Shown in pieces: positions 10,166 through 17,628 of a stretch of 31,840 nucleotides of DNA. Location: NCBI GenBank assembly GCA_030601965.1, contig JAUWAR010000001.1, forward strand, positions 1 through 31,840, in the 5' to 3' direction. How positions within the stretch are numbered: the first letter of the stretch is position 1; each line of letters begins with the position of its first letter. The translations under genes and the position numbers were made by a program. Below the pieces are notes generated by a model, which had not been told where the DNA came from, ran no database searches, and was given only the letters and a program-made list of their open reading frames with translations. Source of the DNA: a bacterium. Lineage in GTDB: Bacteria > Hydrothermota > UBA3073 > JACQXS01 > JAUWAR01.

Positions 10166-10226
10166 TGTCATGCTGAACTTGTTTCAGCATCTTATTTTGA
10201 GATTCCGAAATAAATTCGGAATGACA
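10166..10226. repeat. REP-like doublet TGTCATGCTGAACTTGTTTCAGCATCT / AGATTCCGAAATAAATTCGGAATGACA
   Basis: Two hairpins with inverted TGTCAT termini, ending 5 nt before the antiporter ATG. Confidence 0.8.
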
Positions 10227-10231
10227 ATATT

Positions 10232-11215
10232 ATGTTAGTTTTCCTTAAATTTATTATTGCCTGTGCCGCGATTATATATGCAGGCTATAAACTCTCTCTT
10301 TATGGAGATATAATCTCTGAAAAGACATCTATTACCCGCTCCTTGATGGGTTTTGTCTTTCTTGCATTGGCAACATCACTGCCAGAATTCGCTGTCTCCG
10401 GCAGTTCTATACTCGCTGTGAACTCCCCTGACCTTGCAGTCGGAGATATATTCGGGTCCATTGTCATAAATATTGGAATACTTACATTTCTCTCTGTATT
10501 TAGCGGGTCTATACTGATTAAAGCAAGCAAGAACCATATTCTGCCCACTGCCTTTACTATCCTTCTTATTTCAACAATTGGGTTTTTCCTCTTTATCAGG
10601 AAGATTACTTGTCTGCGTCTCGCAGGTTTTAACATTGGGTTTGAAAGCCTTGTTATAGTTGTTATATTTATTCTTGGAATAAGACTTGTTTTTAGACATG
10701 AGAAAGTCTCAGTAGAAGAAATAAAGACCAAAAAGTATAGTAATATCTCCTTAAGATTTGCATCTATTCTGTTCTGTTTATATTTTATCGTTGTTGTCTT
10801 TTTAGGAATATGGCTTTCAAGAATTGGTAGGGAAATAACTGTTCTTATGGGATGGACGGATTCTCTTGTGGGAACTTTCTTTTTGGGACTTGCTACCTCT
10901 TTTCCTGAACTTGTAGTAACAATTACAGCCATTAAATTCAGTGTGGATATGGCGGTAGGGGATATTATCGGGAGTAATTTTATAGATTGTCTCATAATCC
11001 CATTTTGTGATATTCTACACAGAAAGGGACCGATCCTTTCTGATGTTTCTGCATCACATATTTCCACTCTCTTTTTAGCGATGATACTGAGTTCTATATT
11101 AATTATAGGGTTCTTTTACAAATCTAAGAGAAAATTCTTGAAGATGGGATGGACAGAGATTGCACTTATTATTACCTTTGTTTCAGGAATCTGTTTTTTA
11201 GTAAAAGTTCTATAA
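10232..11215 (+). CDS. Sodium:calcium antiporter family protein (CaCA, YrbG-like)
   Basis: Two alpha repeats: ALATSLPE...GDIFGS and GLATSFPE...GDIIGSN; about 10 TM segments. Confidence 0.92.
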   Translation: MLVFLKFIIACAAIIYAGYKLSLYGDIISEKTSITRSLMGFVFLALATSLPEFAVSGSSILAVNSPDLAVGDIFGSIVINIGILTFLSVFSGSILIKASKNHILPTAFTILLISTIGFFLFIRKITCLRLAGFNIGFESLVIVVIFILGIRLVFRHEKVSVEEIKTKKYSNISLRFASILFCLYFIVVVFLGIWLSRIGREITVLMGWTDSLVGTFFLGLATSFPELVVTITAIKFSVDMAVGDIIGSNFIDCLIIPFCDILHRKGPILSDVSASHISTLFLAMILSSILIIGFFYKSKRKFLKMGWTEIALIITFVSGICFLVKVL

Positions 11216-11223
11216 ATGAAATA

Positions 11224-11295
11224 ATGGAATGGGTTGTTCCACAAGAATTTGAAGAACAAGCAAGAAAAATAATTCAAGAAGCAAATGCAGTATGA
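11224..11295 (+). CDS. Possible 23-aa small ORF or gene remnant (MEWVVPQEFEEQARKIIQEANAV)
   Basis: Fills the intergenic gap; its TGA overlaps the purC ATG (ATGA). Confidence 0.35.
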   Translation: MEWVVPQEFEEQARKIIQEANAV

Positions 11296-12191
11296 AACTC
11301 TTTAAGAGAGGTAAAGTAAGGAATATATACGAGGTTGGGGACAAACTACTTATAATTGCCACGGATAGAATATCTGCCTTTGATTGTGTGCTTCCGAGTC
11401 TTATACCTGGTAAGGGAAAAATTCTTACCGCCCTTTCCGAATTCTGGTTTAATTATACAAAAGATATAATTGAAAACCATCTCATTAGTACTGATTATCA
11501 AGTTATTAAGCAAGAGTTCAAAAATTCAAGGATTCAAGAGTTCCCTGACTGCCGACGGGCAAGTAAGGAAGGTGCTTGTATGCTTGTTGTAAAAACCAAG
11601 CCAGTGCCTATTGAATGTGTTGTCAGGGGATACCTTGCAGGGTCTGGATGGAAAGAGTATCAAGACAAAGGTTCTATTTGTGGCATAGAACTAAAAAAGG
11701 GACTTTTGCAATCTGCCGAATTACCTGAACCTATTTTTACCCCTTCAACAAAAGCAGAAAAGGGACATGATATGAATATCTCTTTTGAAACTGCAGAAAA
11801 GATTGTAGGAAAGGAACCTGCCTGCTTTATTCGTGACAAGAGTCTTGAGATTTACAAAAAGGCATCAGGATATGCTGAAAAAAGAGGTTTTATCATCGCT
11901 GATACAAAATTTGAATTTGGGTATTCCGCCAAAGGCGGATCCGCCTCGGGCGGAAAAGACAATAAGATTATACTTATTGATGAACTATTCACTCCTGATT
12001 CTTCAAGATTCTGGCTAAAAGATGAGTATGAGCCAGGCAGGGCACAGAAGAGTTTTGACAAGCAGTTTGTAAGAGACTATCTGAATAGTCTGTCATGGGA
12101 CAAAAAGCCACCTGCCCCTTCACTTCCAGAGGAGATTATAGAGAAAACGAAAGAGAGGTATCTTACAGCCTATAAGAGATTAACGGGGTAA
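11292..12191 (+). CDS. purC: SAICAR synthetase
   Basis: RGKVRNIY, ATDRISAFD, IECVVRGYLAGSG, PIFTPSTKA, ADTKFEFG, LIDELFTPDSSRFW, DKQFVRDYL. Confidence 0.97.
   Translation: MKLFKRGKVRNIYEVGDKLLIIATDRISAFDCVLPSLIPGKGKILTALSEFWFNYTKDIIENHLISTDYQVIKQEFKNSRIQEFPDCRRASKEGACMLVVKTKPVPIECVVRGYLAGSGWKEYQDKGSICGIELKKGLLQSAELPEPIFTPSTKAEKGHDMNISFETAEKIVGKEPACFIRDKSLEIYKKASGYAEKRGFIIADTKFEFGYSAKGGSASGGKDNKIILIDELFTPDSSRFWLKDEYEPGRAQKSFDKQFVRDYLNSLSWDKKPPAPSLPEEIIEKTKERYLTAYKRLTG
11511..11564 (+). repeat. In-frame octamer array (CAAGAGTT CAAAAATT CAAGGATT CAAGAGTT) plus TGCC-GACG-GGCA hairpin in purC
   Basis: Read directly; encodes QEFKNSRIQEFPDCRRAS. Confidence 0.8.
11925..11954. repeat. In-frame 30-nt double hairpin TCCGCC-AAA-GGCGGA-TCCGCC-TCG-GGCGGA in purC
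   Basis: Read directly; exactly 10 codons (SAKGGSASGG) between EFGY and KDNKIILIDE. Confidence 0.9.
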
Positions 12192-12204
12192 GATTTGCAT
12201 TGAG

Positions 12205-12285
12205 TGTCATTGCGAGGAATGAAATAACGAAGCAATCTAAAAGATGGGATTGCTTCGCCCTGATAAATCGGGGCTCGCAATGACA
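12205..12285. repeat. REP-like doublet, TGTCATTGCGAG family (second copy)
   Basis: TGTCATTGCGAG...CGAAGCAATCT paired with GGATTGCTTCG...CTCGCAATGACA; between convergent purC and lapA. Confidence 0.85.
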
Positions 12286-12331
12286 GAAAGGATGTTTTGT
12301 GCCAGATTTTAAGTCTATATTATTTTACTTC

Positions 12332-12658
12332 TTACTCGCCAGAAGTAGTCACCTCTTTTTCTTCAGGTAAGGTATCAAGACTCCCTGTTCTGAGAGTGCC
12401 AACTTCTTTGTGAAGTGTTGCTATCTCCTTTTTTTGCTTTGATATCCTGCCTCTGAGTTTAACCTCATCTATTATAGCAAGAATAAATGCAAAAACCGCA
12501 CCCGCACCAAACGCCTGGATTAAAGCGATTGTAAGTGATATATCTGTAATTTTCTTGCCAAGTATATTTATGCAAACAAAAGAGGAGAAGTTCTGCGCAC
12601 CTATGATAATCCCAAATATAGCAAATAAGAAAATGACAATAATCGCAAAAAGATACAT
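12332..12658 (-). CDS. lapA: LapA-family (DUF1049) small membrane protein
   Basis: Two TM segments, GAQN...V.IN motif, basic coiled-coil tail; SD AGGAGG; follows lpt genes and rpoN. Confidence 0.7.
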   Translation of the reverse strand: MYLFAIIVIFLFAIFGIIIGAQNFSSFVCINILGKKITDISLTIALIQAFGAGAVFAFILAIIDEVKLRGRISKQKKEIATLHKEVGTLRTGSLDTLPEEKEVTTSGE

Positions 12659-12666
12659 AATGCCTC

Positions 12667-14016
12667 CTATTTTAAGTTCACTCGTCCATTAGACGAAGGG
12701 ATTCCCCAAAGTTTTCTGTATTTTACTACAGTAGTCCTTGCAATATCAAATCCCTCTTTCTTTAAAATCTCCACAATTTGTTTATCACTTAAAGGTTTGT
12801 TTTTATCCTCATTTTCAATTGACTCCTTGAGCCGTTTTTCTATCTTGTTCCACTCTTTGTTTTTACCGGCACTGAATATTTTCTTGAGAGGGAAAACACC
12901 AATAGGTGTCTGAATATACTTACCTCTTATTGCCCTTGATACAGTTGAGACATTTCTGTTTATCCCTTCTGCAACTTCAAGCATGGTCAAGAGTTTAAGC
13001 GAAATAACATCTTTTTTTAAAAACCCCTCTTCTTCCTTCACTATATACCTTCCAATAGCAAGCATGGTTTGCCTCCGCTTTTCTATAGAGGAAACAAGAA
13101 AGTTGGCATCAGTCCACTTTTTTCTGAGATAAGATACTTCATTTTTTGAAAATCTTTTGGGATTACTCATATACTCCCTGTAAAGTTTTGATACTGTGAT
13201 ATGTGGAATATACTTGTCGTTGAGATAGACCGTCCACTTCCCATCCTGTTCCTCAACGACAATATCAGGTATAATATATTGGGTTTCGCCACCACCCCAT
13301 ATCTTGCGAGGTTTTGGAACAAGGGAGATAATTATCTCTCTGACTTCTCTGAATGTATCTGCATCTATTCTAAACAAATTCTTGATTTTTGTGTGATTTC
13401 CTGCAAGGAAATCATTGAGAAATTTATCCACTACTCTATATGCAAGAGAACCTTTGAATCCCATCTCTTCAAGCTGAATAAGCAGTGATTGCCTCATATC
13501 TCTGGCACCAATACCCACAGGGTCCAAAAAGTGGATTTTCTCAAGAACCCCTTTAACTATCTTTAATTCTTGGTCAAGCAAAGATGCAATCTCCTCCAGA
13601 GGTTCAGTTAAATACCCATCCTCATTTAAAGAAAATACAATATGTTTGGCTATGTTAAGTTCATTCTCTTTTTTGAAAGTAAGTTTTATCTGGTCCATCA
13701 GATATTCCTCGAATTTTAATTCCGGGACTACTGGGGAAGGTGTATAATCTTCACCCTTTCCGTCTGCCGGATGGCGGGAAGGTCTCCAGTATGGGTCTCT
13801 TGGATAGTTTGATAAGTCATCCTTAGTCTCCCTGGGAATATCAAATTCATACTCTTCTTGAGTATCTTTTTTTTCAAGAAATGGGTTCTGTTCAAGATTC
13901 TGCTCTATTACCTCCCTGAGTTCAAGTTGATTTATCTGAAGTAGCTTAAGACTTTGAACAAGTAAGGGCGCCAGAGTGGTCTCAAGCCGTAGTTCTTGTC
14001 GTAGTTCTTGCCCCAT
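12667..14016 (-). CDS. rpoN: RNA polymerase sigma-54 factor
   Basis: Gln/Leu-rich region I (LLQ...LEQNPFLE), DPVGIGARD, PDIVV, STVSRAIRGKY, PLSD; RpoN box variant ARTTVVKYR. Confidence 0.95.
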   Translation of the reverse strand: MGQELRQELRLETTLAPLLVQSLKLLQINQLELREVIEQNLEQNPFLEKKDTQEEYEFDIPRETKDDLSNYPRDPYWRPSRHPADGKGEDYTPSPVVPELKFEEYLMDQIKLTFKKENELNIAKHIVFSLNEDGYLTEPLEEIASLLDQELKIVKGVLEKIHFLDPVGIGARDMRQSLLIQLEEMGFKGSLAYRVVDKFLNDFLAGNHTKIKNLFRIDADTFREVREIIISLVPKPRKIWGGGETQYIIPDIVVEEQDGKWTVYLNDKYIPHITVSKLYREYMSNPKRFSKNEVSYLRKKWTDANFLVSSIEKRRQTMLAIGRYIVKEEEGFLKKDVISLKLLTMLEVAEGINRNVSTVSRAIRGKYIQTPIGVFPLKKIFSAGKNKEWNKIEKRLKESIENEDKNKPLSDKQIVEILKKEGFDIARTTVVKYRKLWGIPSSNGRVNLK

Positions 14017-14030
14017 TTTTTAACTTTGAA

Positions 14031-14081
14031 GGAGTTAATCCGTCAGGATTTTATAATATAAAAGGCTCACGCCTTAACTCC
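14031..14081. repeat. REP-like doublet with GGAGTTAA termini between lptB and rpoN
   Basis: GGAGTTAA-TCC-GTCA-GGA, AT-rich spacer, AGGC-TCAC-GCCT-TAACTCC. Confidence 0.6.
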
Positions 14082-14087
14082 ACTTTT

Positions 14088-14810
14088 TCACATTTTGAAT
14101 TTTTCTCCCAGATATATTTTTCTTGCCTCTGGGTTATTCACAAGTTCAAGAGAAGAGCCAGAAATAAGCACCTTGCCATCTGAGATAATATAAGCCCTGT
14201 CAGTGATTTCCAATGTCTCACGGACATTATGGTCTGTAATAAGTATTCCAAGACCCCGTTCTTTCAAATCTTTTACTATAGTCTGGATATCGCTTCGCAC
14301 AATAGGGTCAATTCCTGTAAAAGGCTCGTCAAGAAGCAGAAAAGAGGGTTTTGGAACAAGGGCTCGTGCAATCTCAACTCTTCTTCTCTCGCCACCTGAT
14401 AAAGAAACCCCCCTTGTTCTGCTTACTTTCTTTAGATGCAACAGTTCCAATAACTCTTCAAGCCTTTTTTGTCTTACTGATTTATCCTTTTCGCATACCT
14501 CAAGGATGGCAAGGATATTCTCTCGGACAGTCAATCTTCTGAAAACCGATGGTTCTTGTGAGAGATAACCTATACCTTTGCGGGCTCTCTGGTGCACAGG
14601 ATAATATGAAATATCTTCATCATTTAGGATTACTTTGCCTGCCTCAGGTTTTACAAGTCCAATTATCATATAAAAAGTGGTCGTCTTTCCCGCCCCATTT
14701 GGACCAAGAAGACCTACAATCTCTCCTCTCTTTATCTCAATTGCCACCTCATTTACAACTCTTCGCCTCTTGTATGTCTTTACCAAACCCTCTGTTTTTA
14801 AGACATCCAT
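14088..14810 (-). CDS. lptB: LPS export ABC transporter ATPase
   Basis: GPNGAGKTTTFY, YLSQEPSVFR, LSGGERRRVEIARAL, LLDEPFTGIDP, ITDHNVRETL. Confidence 0.97.
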   Translation of the reverse strand: MDVLKTEGLVKTYKRRRVVNEVAIEIKRGEIVGLLGPNGAGKTTTFYMIIGLVKPEAGKVILNDEDISYYPVHQRARKGIGYLSQEPSVFRRLTVRENILAILEVCEKDKSVRQKRLEELLELLHLKKVSRTRGVSLSGGERRRVEIARALVPKPSFLLLDEPFTGIDPIVRSDIQTIVKDLKERGLGILITDHNVRETLEITDRAYIISDGKVLISGSSLELVNNPEARKIYLGEKFKM

Positions 14811-14822
14811 CCCGTTATCTTG

Positions 14823-15563
14823 TCACTTTTTTCTCTTACCTTTTATTTTTCCTCTTACTATGACTTTTTCTGTCTCTCCATTCCGGATGTAAATATCCAC
14901 TATCTTCCCATAGAGAGTATCTATTTTTGTCACAACACATACATTCCCAGAAAGAGTAGCATTTTCCTTGTCTGTAAAATAGTTAATAGTATCAGAATAT
15001 GCAGTTATATCACCTTGCTTGAGATAGGCGTTATTCATAATAACCATATATTTCTTCTTGGGATTATACAAACCCTTGTCTCCTCTTACAACTAAATCCT
15101 GTTCCTTCTTTTTATATTCAACATTTCCATTGAATGTAACATCTTTGCCTTTCAGATATTCACTACTTTCTGCAACTATTATGTCTGTCCCCTGTTGTGC
15201 CATAATTCCATTACGAAAATTACCCTTTTCTTCATTAAACCAGTATTCTCCATCTTTACCAAGAATAAGAAGCGAATCTTCTTGCACTATGATTGTATCA
15301 TAAAGCGTTGCTTTATTCTCGGTAATAACAGCCCTAAAAGTTTCAATAATAAGATTGTGTTGCGTGAACTTGACATTTCCAATAAAATGCGTAGTAGAGC
15401 CTTTTAGAATAGTAGAATCTGCCCAGACCTGATACTCTGAAATTCCAAAGCCCAAATCCCAAATTCCAAATAAAGCCCAAATCCCAAATGCCAAATAAGA
15501 TTTAAAATTTCCTAATGTTTGGATTTTGGATTTTGGATTTTGGATTTTATCTCCCGTATCCAT
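14823..15563 (-). CDS. lptA: LptA/OstA-like periplasmic LPS transport protein
   Basis: Repeated beta-jellyroll motifs (F.GNV, ..ADTI.Y, L.GNV); lies between lptC and lptB; start ATG 15563 overlaps the lptC end. Confidence 0.75.
   Translation of the reverse strand: MDTGDKIQNPKSKIQTLGNFKSYLAFGIWALFGIWDLGFGISEYQVWADSTILKGSTTHFIGNVKFTQHNLIIETFRAVITENKATLYDTIIVQEDSLLILGKDGEYWFNEEKGNFRNGIMAQQGTDIIVAESSEYLKGKDVTFNGNVEYKKKEQDLVVRGDKGLYNPKKKYMVIMNNAYLKQGDITAYSDTINYFTDKENATLSGNVCVVTKIDTLYGKIVDIYIRNGETEKVIVRGKIKGKRKK
15440..15548. repeat. Inverted pair of heptamer arrays encoding the LptA-like N-terminus
   Basis: (GGATTTT)4 perfect at 15521-15548; AAA(T/G)(T/C/G)CC units at 15440-15496. Confidence 0.9.
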
Positions 15564-16065
15564 AAGTATCTCTAATTTTAATACAGGTAAGGTCTGGATT
15601 GCTTTCAAGACCCTTGCCTATGATAGTCTTATCCTGTTCTGTAATTTTTATCTCTTTGTCTGTTCTGATTTTGCTCTCTTTATTCAGCCATTCCAGTTCA
15701 CTTGTTTCAAGGTTTTTCCCTTCCTTAGTAACCACTTTCACATCTCCGAAAGCCTTCATATTGTCAGTCTCCCCAAAGTATATTCCGCTATCTGCCGTAA
15801 GAGTAGAGTAAATCTTTTTATTTCTATAGAAATCAAGTCTAATAGTATAGACAATTATTCTATCTTCATAAGAGACTGCCTTTTCTGCATTTAGTTCCCA
15901 ATCTCGGGCACCTTTTGTTGTTGCTGTAAGACTGAATCCAACCGCCTCTTCTTTGATATTACTGTCTGGAATAAGAGATTTGTTTTCTCTGTCTCCACAT
16001 CCAGCAAGAAGTAGGAAGTAGGAAGTGAGAAGTAGGAAGTAAGATTTGTATTGATTTGTGTTCAC
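15547..16065 (-). CDS. lptC: LPS export protein LptC, with lipobox (LLAG-C)
   Basis: WELNAEKA, TLTADSG, AFGDVKVV, LETSELEW, IIGKGLESN; first gene of lptCAB. GTG 16065 chosen from promoter geometry (track uses 16080). Confidence 0.85.
   Translation of the reverse strand: MNTNQYKSYFLLLTSYFLLLAGCGDRENKSLIPDSNIKEEAVGFSLTATTKGARDWELNAEKAVSYEDRIIVYTIRLDFYRNKKIYSTLTADSGIYFGETDNMKAFGDVKVVTKEGKNLETSELEWLNKESKIRTDKEIKITEQDKTIIGKGLESNPDLTCIKIRDTYGYGR
16007..16041. repeat. (A/G)GAAGT(A/G) x5 heptamer array encoding the LptC signal h-region
   Basis: AGAAGTA GGAAGTA GGAAGTG AGAAGTA GGAAGTA; the minus strand reads YFLLLTSYFLLL. Confidence 0.9.
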
Positions 16066-16071
16066 AGTTAT

Positions 16072-16137
16072 ATAATACACCCATTTTTATAAAAAGTCAA
16101 TAAAAATCTTGACACTAACAGTAAAAAAATATATAGA
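16072..16137. promoter_or_regulatory. Back-to-back sigma70-type promoters for lptC and the OM beta-barrel gene
   Basis: Minus strand: TTGACT 16100-16095, 17 nt, TATTAT 16077-16072. Plus strand: TTGACA 16109-16114, 17 nt, TATAGA 16132-16137. Confidence 0.6.
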
Positions 16138-16147
16138 GAGAGATTAT

Positions 16148-16765
16148 ATGAGATTACTTCCTCTTTTATTATTAGTGCCACACATAGTTATAGGTGGATT
16201 TAAATACTCTGTAGGAATTGGTGCAGGGAATTATAATCCCTCTTTAGAGAGCCTTAATAACTATCTCCAATCCTATGAAGGAAAGACTATCAATCCAAGT
16301 ATTTTGTTCCAGGGAGATATCCGGGCTCATATTATAAATATCTCCTGTGGATTGGGTATCGGATATTTCAAGGGCAAAGCCCCTGGCGCGCCTTCTTCAC
16401 TAAGCACTATTCCAATATCTATTGATATGGGGTATAAAATGACAGCACTTCCAGCACTTCTTTTCTTCTATCCAGGTATTGGTTATGAATTTGTCTTTAC
16501 AAAATATGAAGATAATAGTTTAGTAGCAAGCACCTGGGCAAAAAGAATATTCCCATCTTTAACTACAATCTTTACAGTTTTGGAAAATACAGATGCGGAA
16601 TTATGTATAAGATATAAATTTGCACACGCAAATAAACTAAAAATTGATAAAGCCAAAATTTCAGCATTTACCGAAGGCGATTATTTCAAAGGTTATACTG
16701 ATACTCCTCTTCCTATTGAACTTGATGGATTTTATATAGGGGTAGGTATAAGGTACTACCCATAA
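16148..16765 (+). CDS. Outer-membrane beta-barrel protein (small OmpA/OmpW-like barrel)
   Basis: Signal peptide MRLLPLLLLVPHIVIG, alternating aromatic/Gly strands, terminal strand FYIGVGIRYYP. Confidence 0.7.
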   Translation: MRLLPLLLLVPHIVIGGFKYSVGIGAGNYNPSLESLNNYLQSYEGKTINPSILFQGDIRAHIINISCGLGIGYFKGKAPGAPSSLSTIPISIDMGYKMTALPALLFFYPGIGYEFVFTKYEDNSLVASTWAKRIFPSLTTIFTVLENTDAELCIRYKFAHANKLKIDKAKISAFTEGDYFKGYTDTPLPIELDGFYIGVGIRYYP

Positions 16766-16769
16766 AAAT

Positions 16770-16922
16770 ATGTGGCAGTGTTGGGCTATATTTTATACAA
16801 GCCTCTGGATAGCTGCTTCAGGCTATTTCTTTGGTGGCGATATTAAACTGTCTAATATTATATTTGGACTTGCATTGGCAGTTCTCTCCTTCTGGGCGGG
16901 AATCAAGGCAAGAAGGAGGTAG
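16770..16922 (+). CDS. 50-aa two-helix membrane protein, absent from the ORF track
   Basis: MWQCWAIFYTSLWIAASGYFFGGDIKLSNIIFGLALAVLSFWAGIKARRR; ATG 4 nt after the upstream stop; basic C-terminus. Confidence 0.65.
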   Translation: MWQCWAIFYTSLWIAASGYFFGGDIKLSNIIFGLALAVLSFWAGIKARRR

Positions 16923-16974
16923 GGCAAGGCTTTAGCCTTGCGTTTATAGAAGCAAACCTAAAGGTTTGCCCTAC
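16919..16974. repeat. GTAG-type REP doublet
   Basis: GTAGGGCAAGGC-TTTA-GCCTTGC paired with GCAAACC-TAAA-GGTTTGCCCTAC. Confidence 0.85.
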
Positions 16975-17001
16975 AATCTCCCTTAAGATACCAACTAATT
17001 A

Positions 17002-17628
17002 ATGGATAGTTTTATAAGGATTATCATCTCAATTATTGTTCTGTTCTTTTCTATTATCATTCATGAGGTATCACATGGATATATGGCACTTGTAAGGGGA
17101 GACCCTACAGCAAGAGATGCTGGAAGACTTACCTTAAATCCTATTCCACATATTGATATATTCGGTACTATTATCTTGCCATTACTACTCATAATTATGC
17201 GGTCATCTATACTTTTTGCATGGGCAAAACCTGTACCTATCAACCCTTATAACTTCCAGAATTCTAAAAAGGACACAATGCTTGTGGGTGCAGCAGGACC
17301 CCTCAGTAATATAGGACTTGCAATAGTATTTGCCATTCTTTTTAGAGTATTTGGTGCAACTTTTGTAGGACAGTTCCTCTTATTTGGTGTTGCAATAAAT
17401 CTTATACTTGCTTTCTTTAACCTCGTTCCCATCCCTCCTCTTGATGGCTCAAGAATCCTTCAGGGTTTTTTATCTTATGAAGCAGCCCAGAAATATATGG
17501 TTATAGAGAGATTTGGATTTATTATTATCTATTTTCTACTCTTTGCTGGACTTTTTCAGCATATACTCCTTCCAATAGTCTCTTTTTTCCTCAGGCTCTT
17601 AACAGGTATAGGTTTTGGAGGATTGTGA
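17002..17628 (+). CDS. Site-2 protease family (M50) intramembrane metalloprotease
   Basis: HEVSH zinc motif, GDPTA..GRLTLNP..HID, AAGPLSN, NLVPIPPLDG. Confidence 0.95.
   Translation: MDSFIRIIISIIVLFFSIIIHEVSHGYMALVRGDPTARDAGRLTLNPIPHIDIFGTIILPLLLIIMRSSILFAWAKPVPINPYNFQNSKKDTMLVGAAGPLSNIGLAIVFAILFRVFGATFVGQFLLFGVAINLILAFFNLVPIPPLDGSRILQGFLSYEAAQKYMVIERFGFIIIYFLLFAGLFQHILLPIVSFFLRLLTGIGFGGL

Noticed and set aside
13988-14012. 12-nt duplication at the rpoN 5' end (QELRQELR)
   Set aside because: It fits the normal Gln/Leu-rich periodicity of sigma-54 region I.
16109-16147. N-terminal extensions given by the ORF track (16109, 15608, 21627)
   Set aside because: The TTG at 16109 is the -35 box, 15608 lies deep inside lptC, and 21627 is upstream of a perfect SD; downstream ATGs give proper signal peptides.
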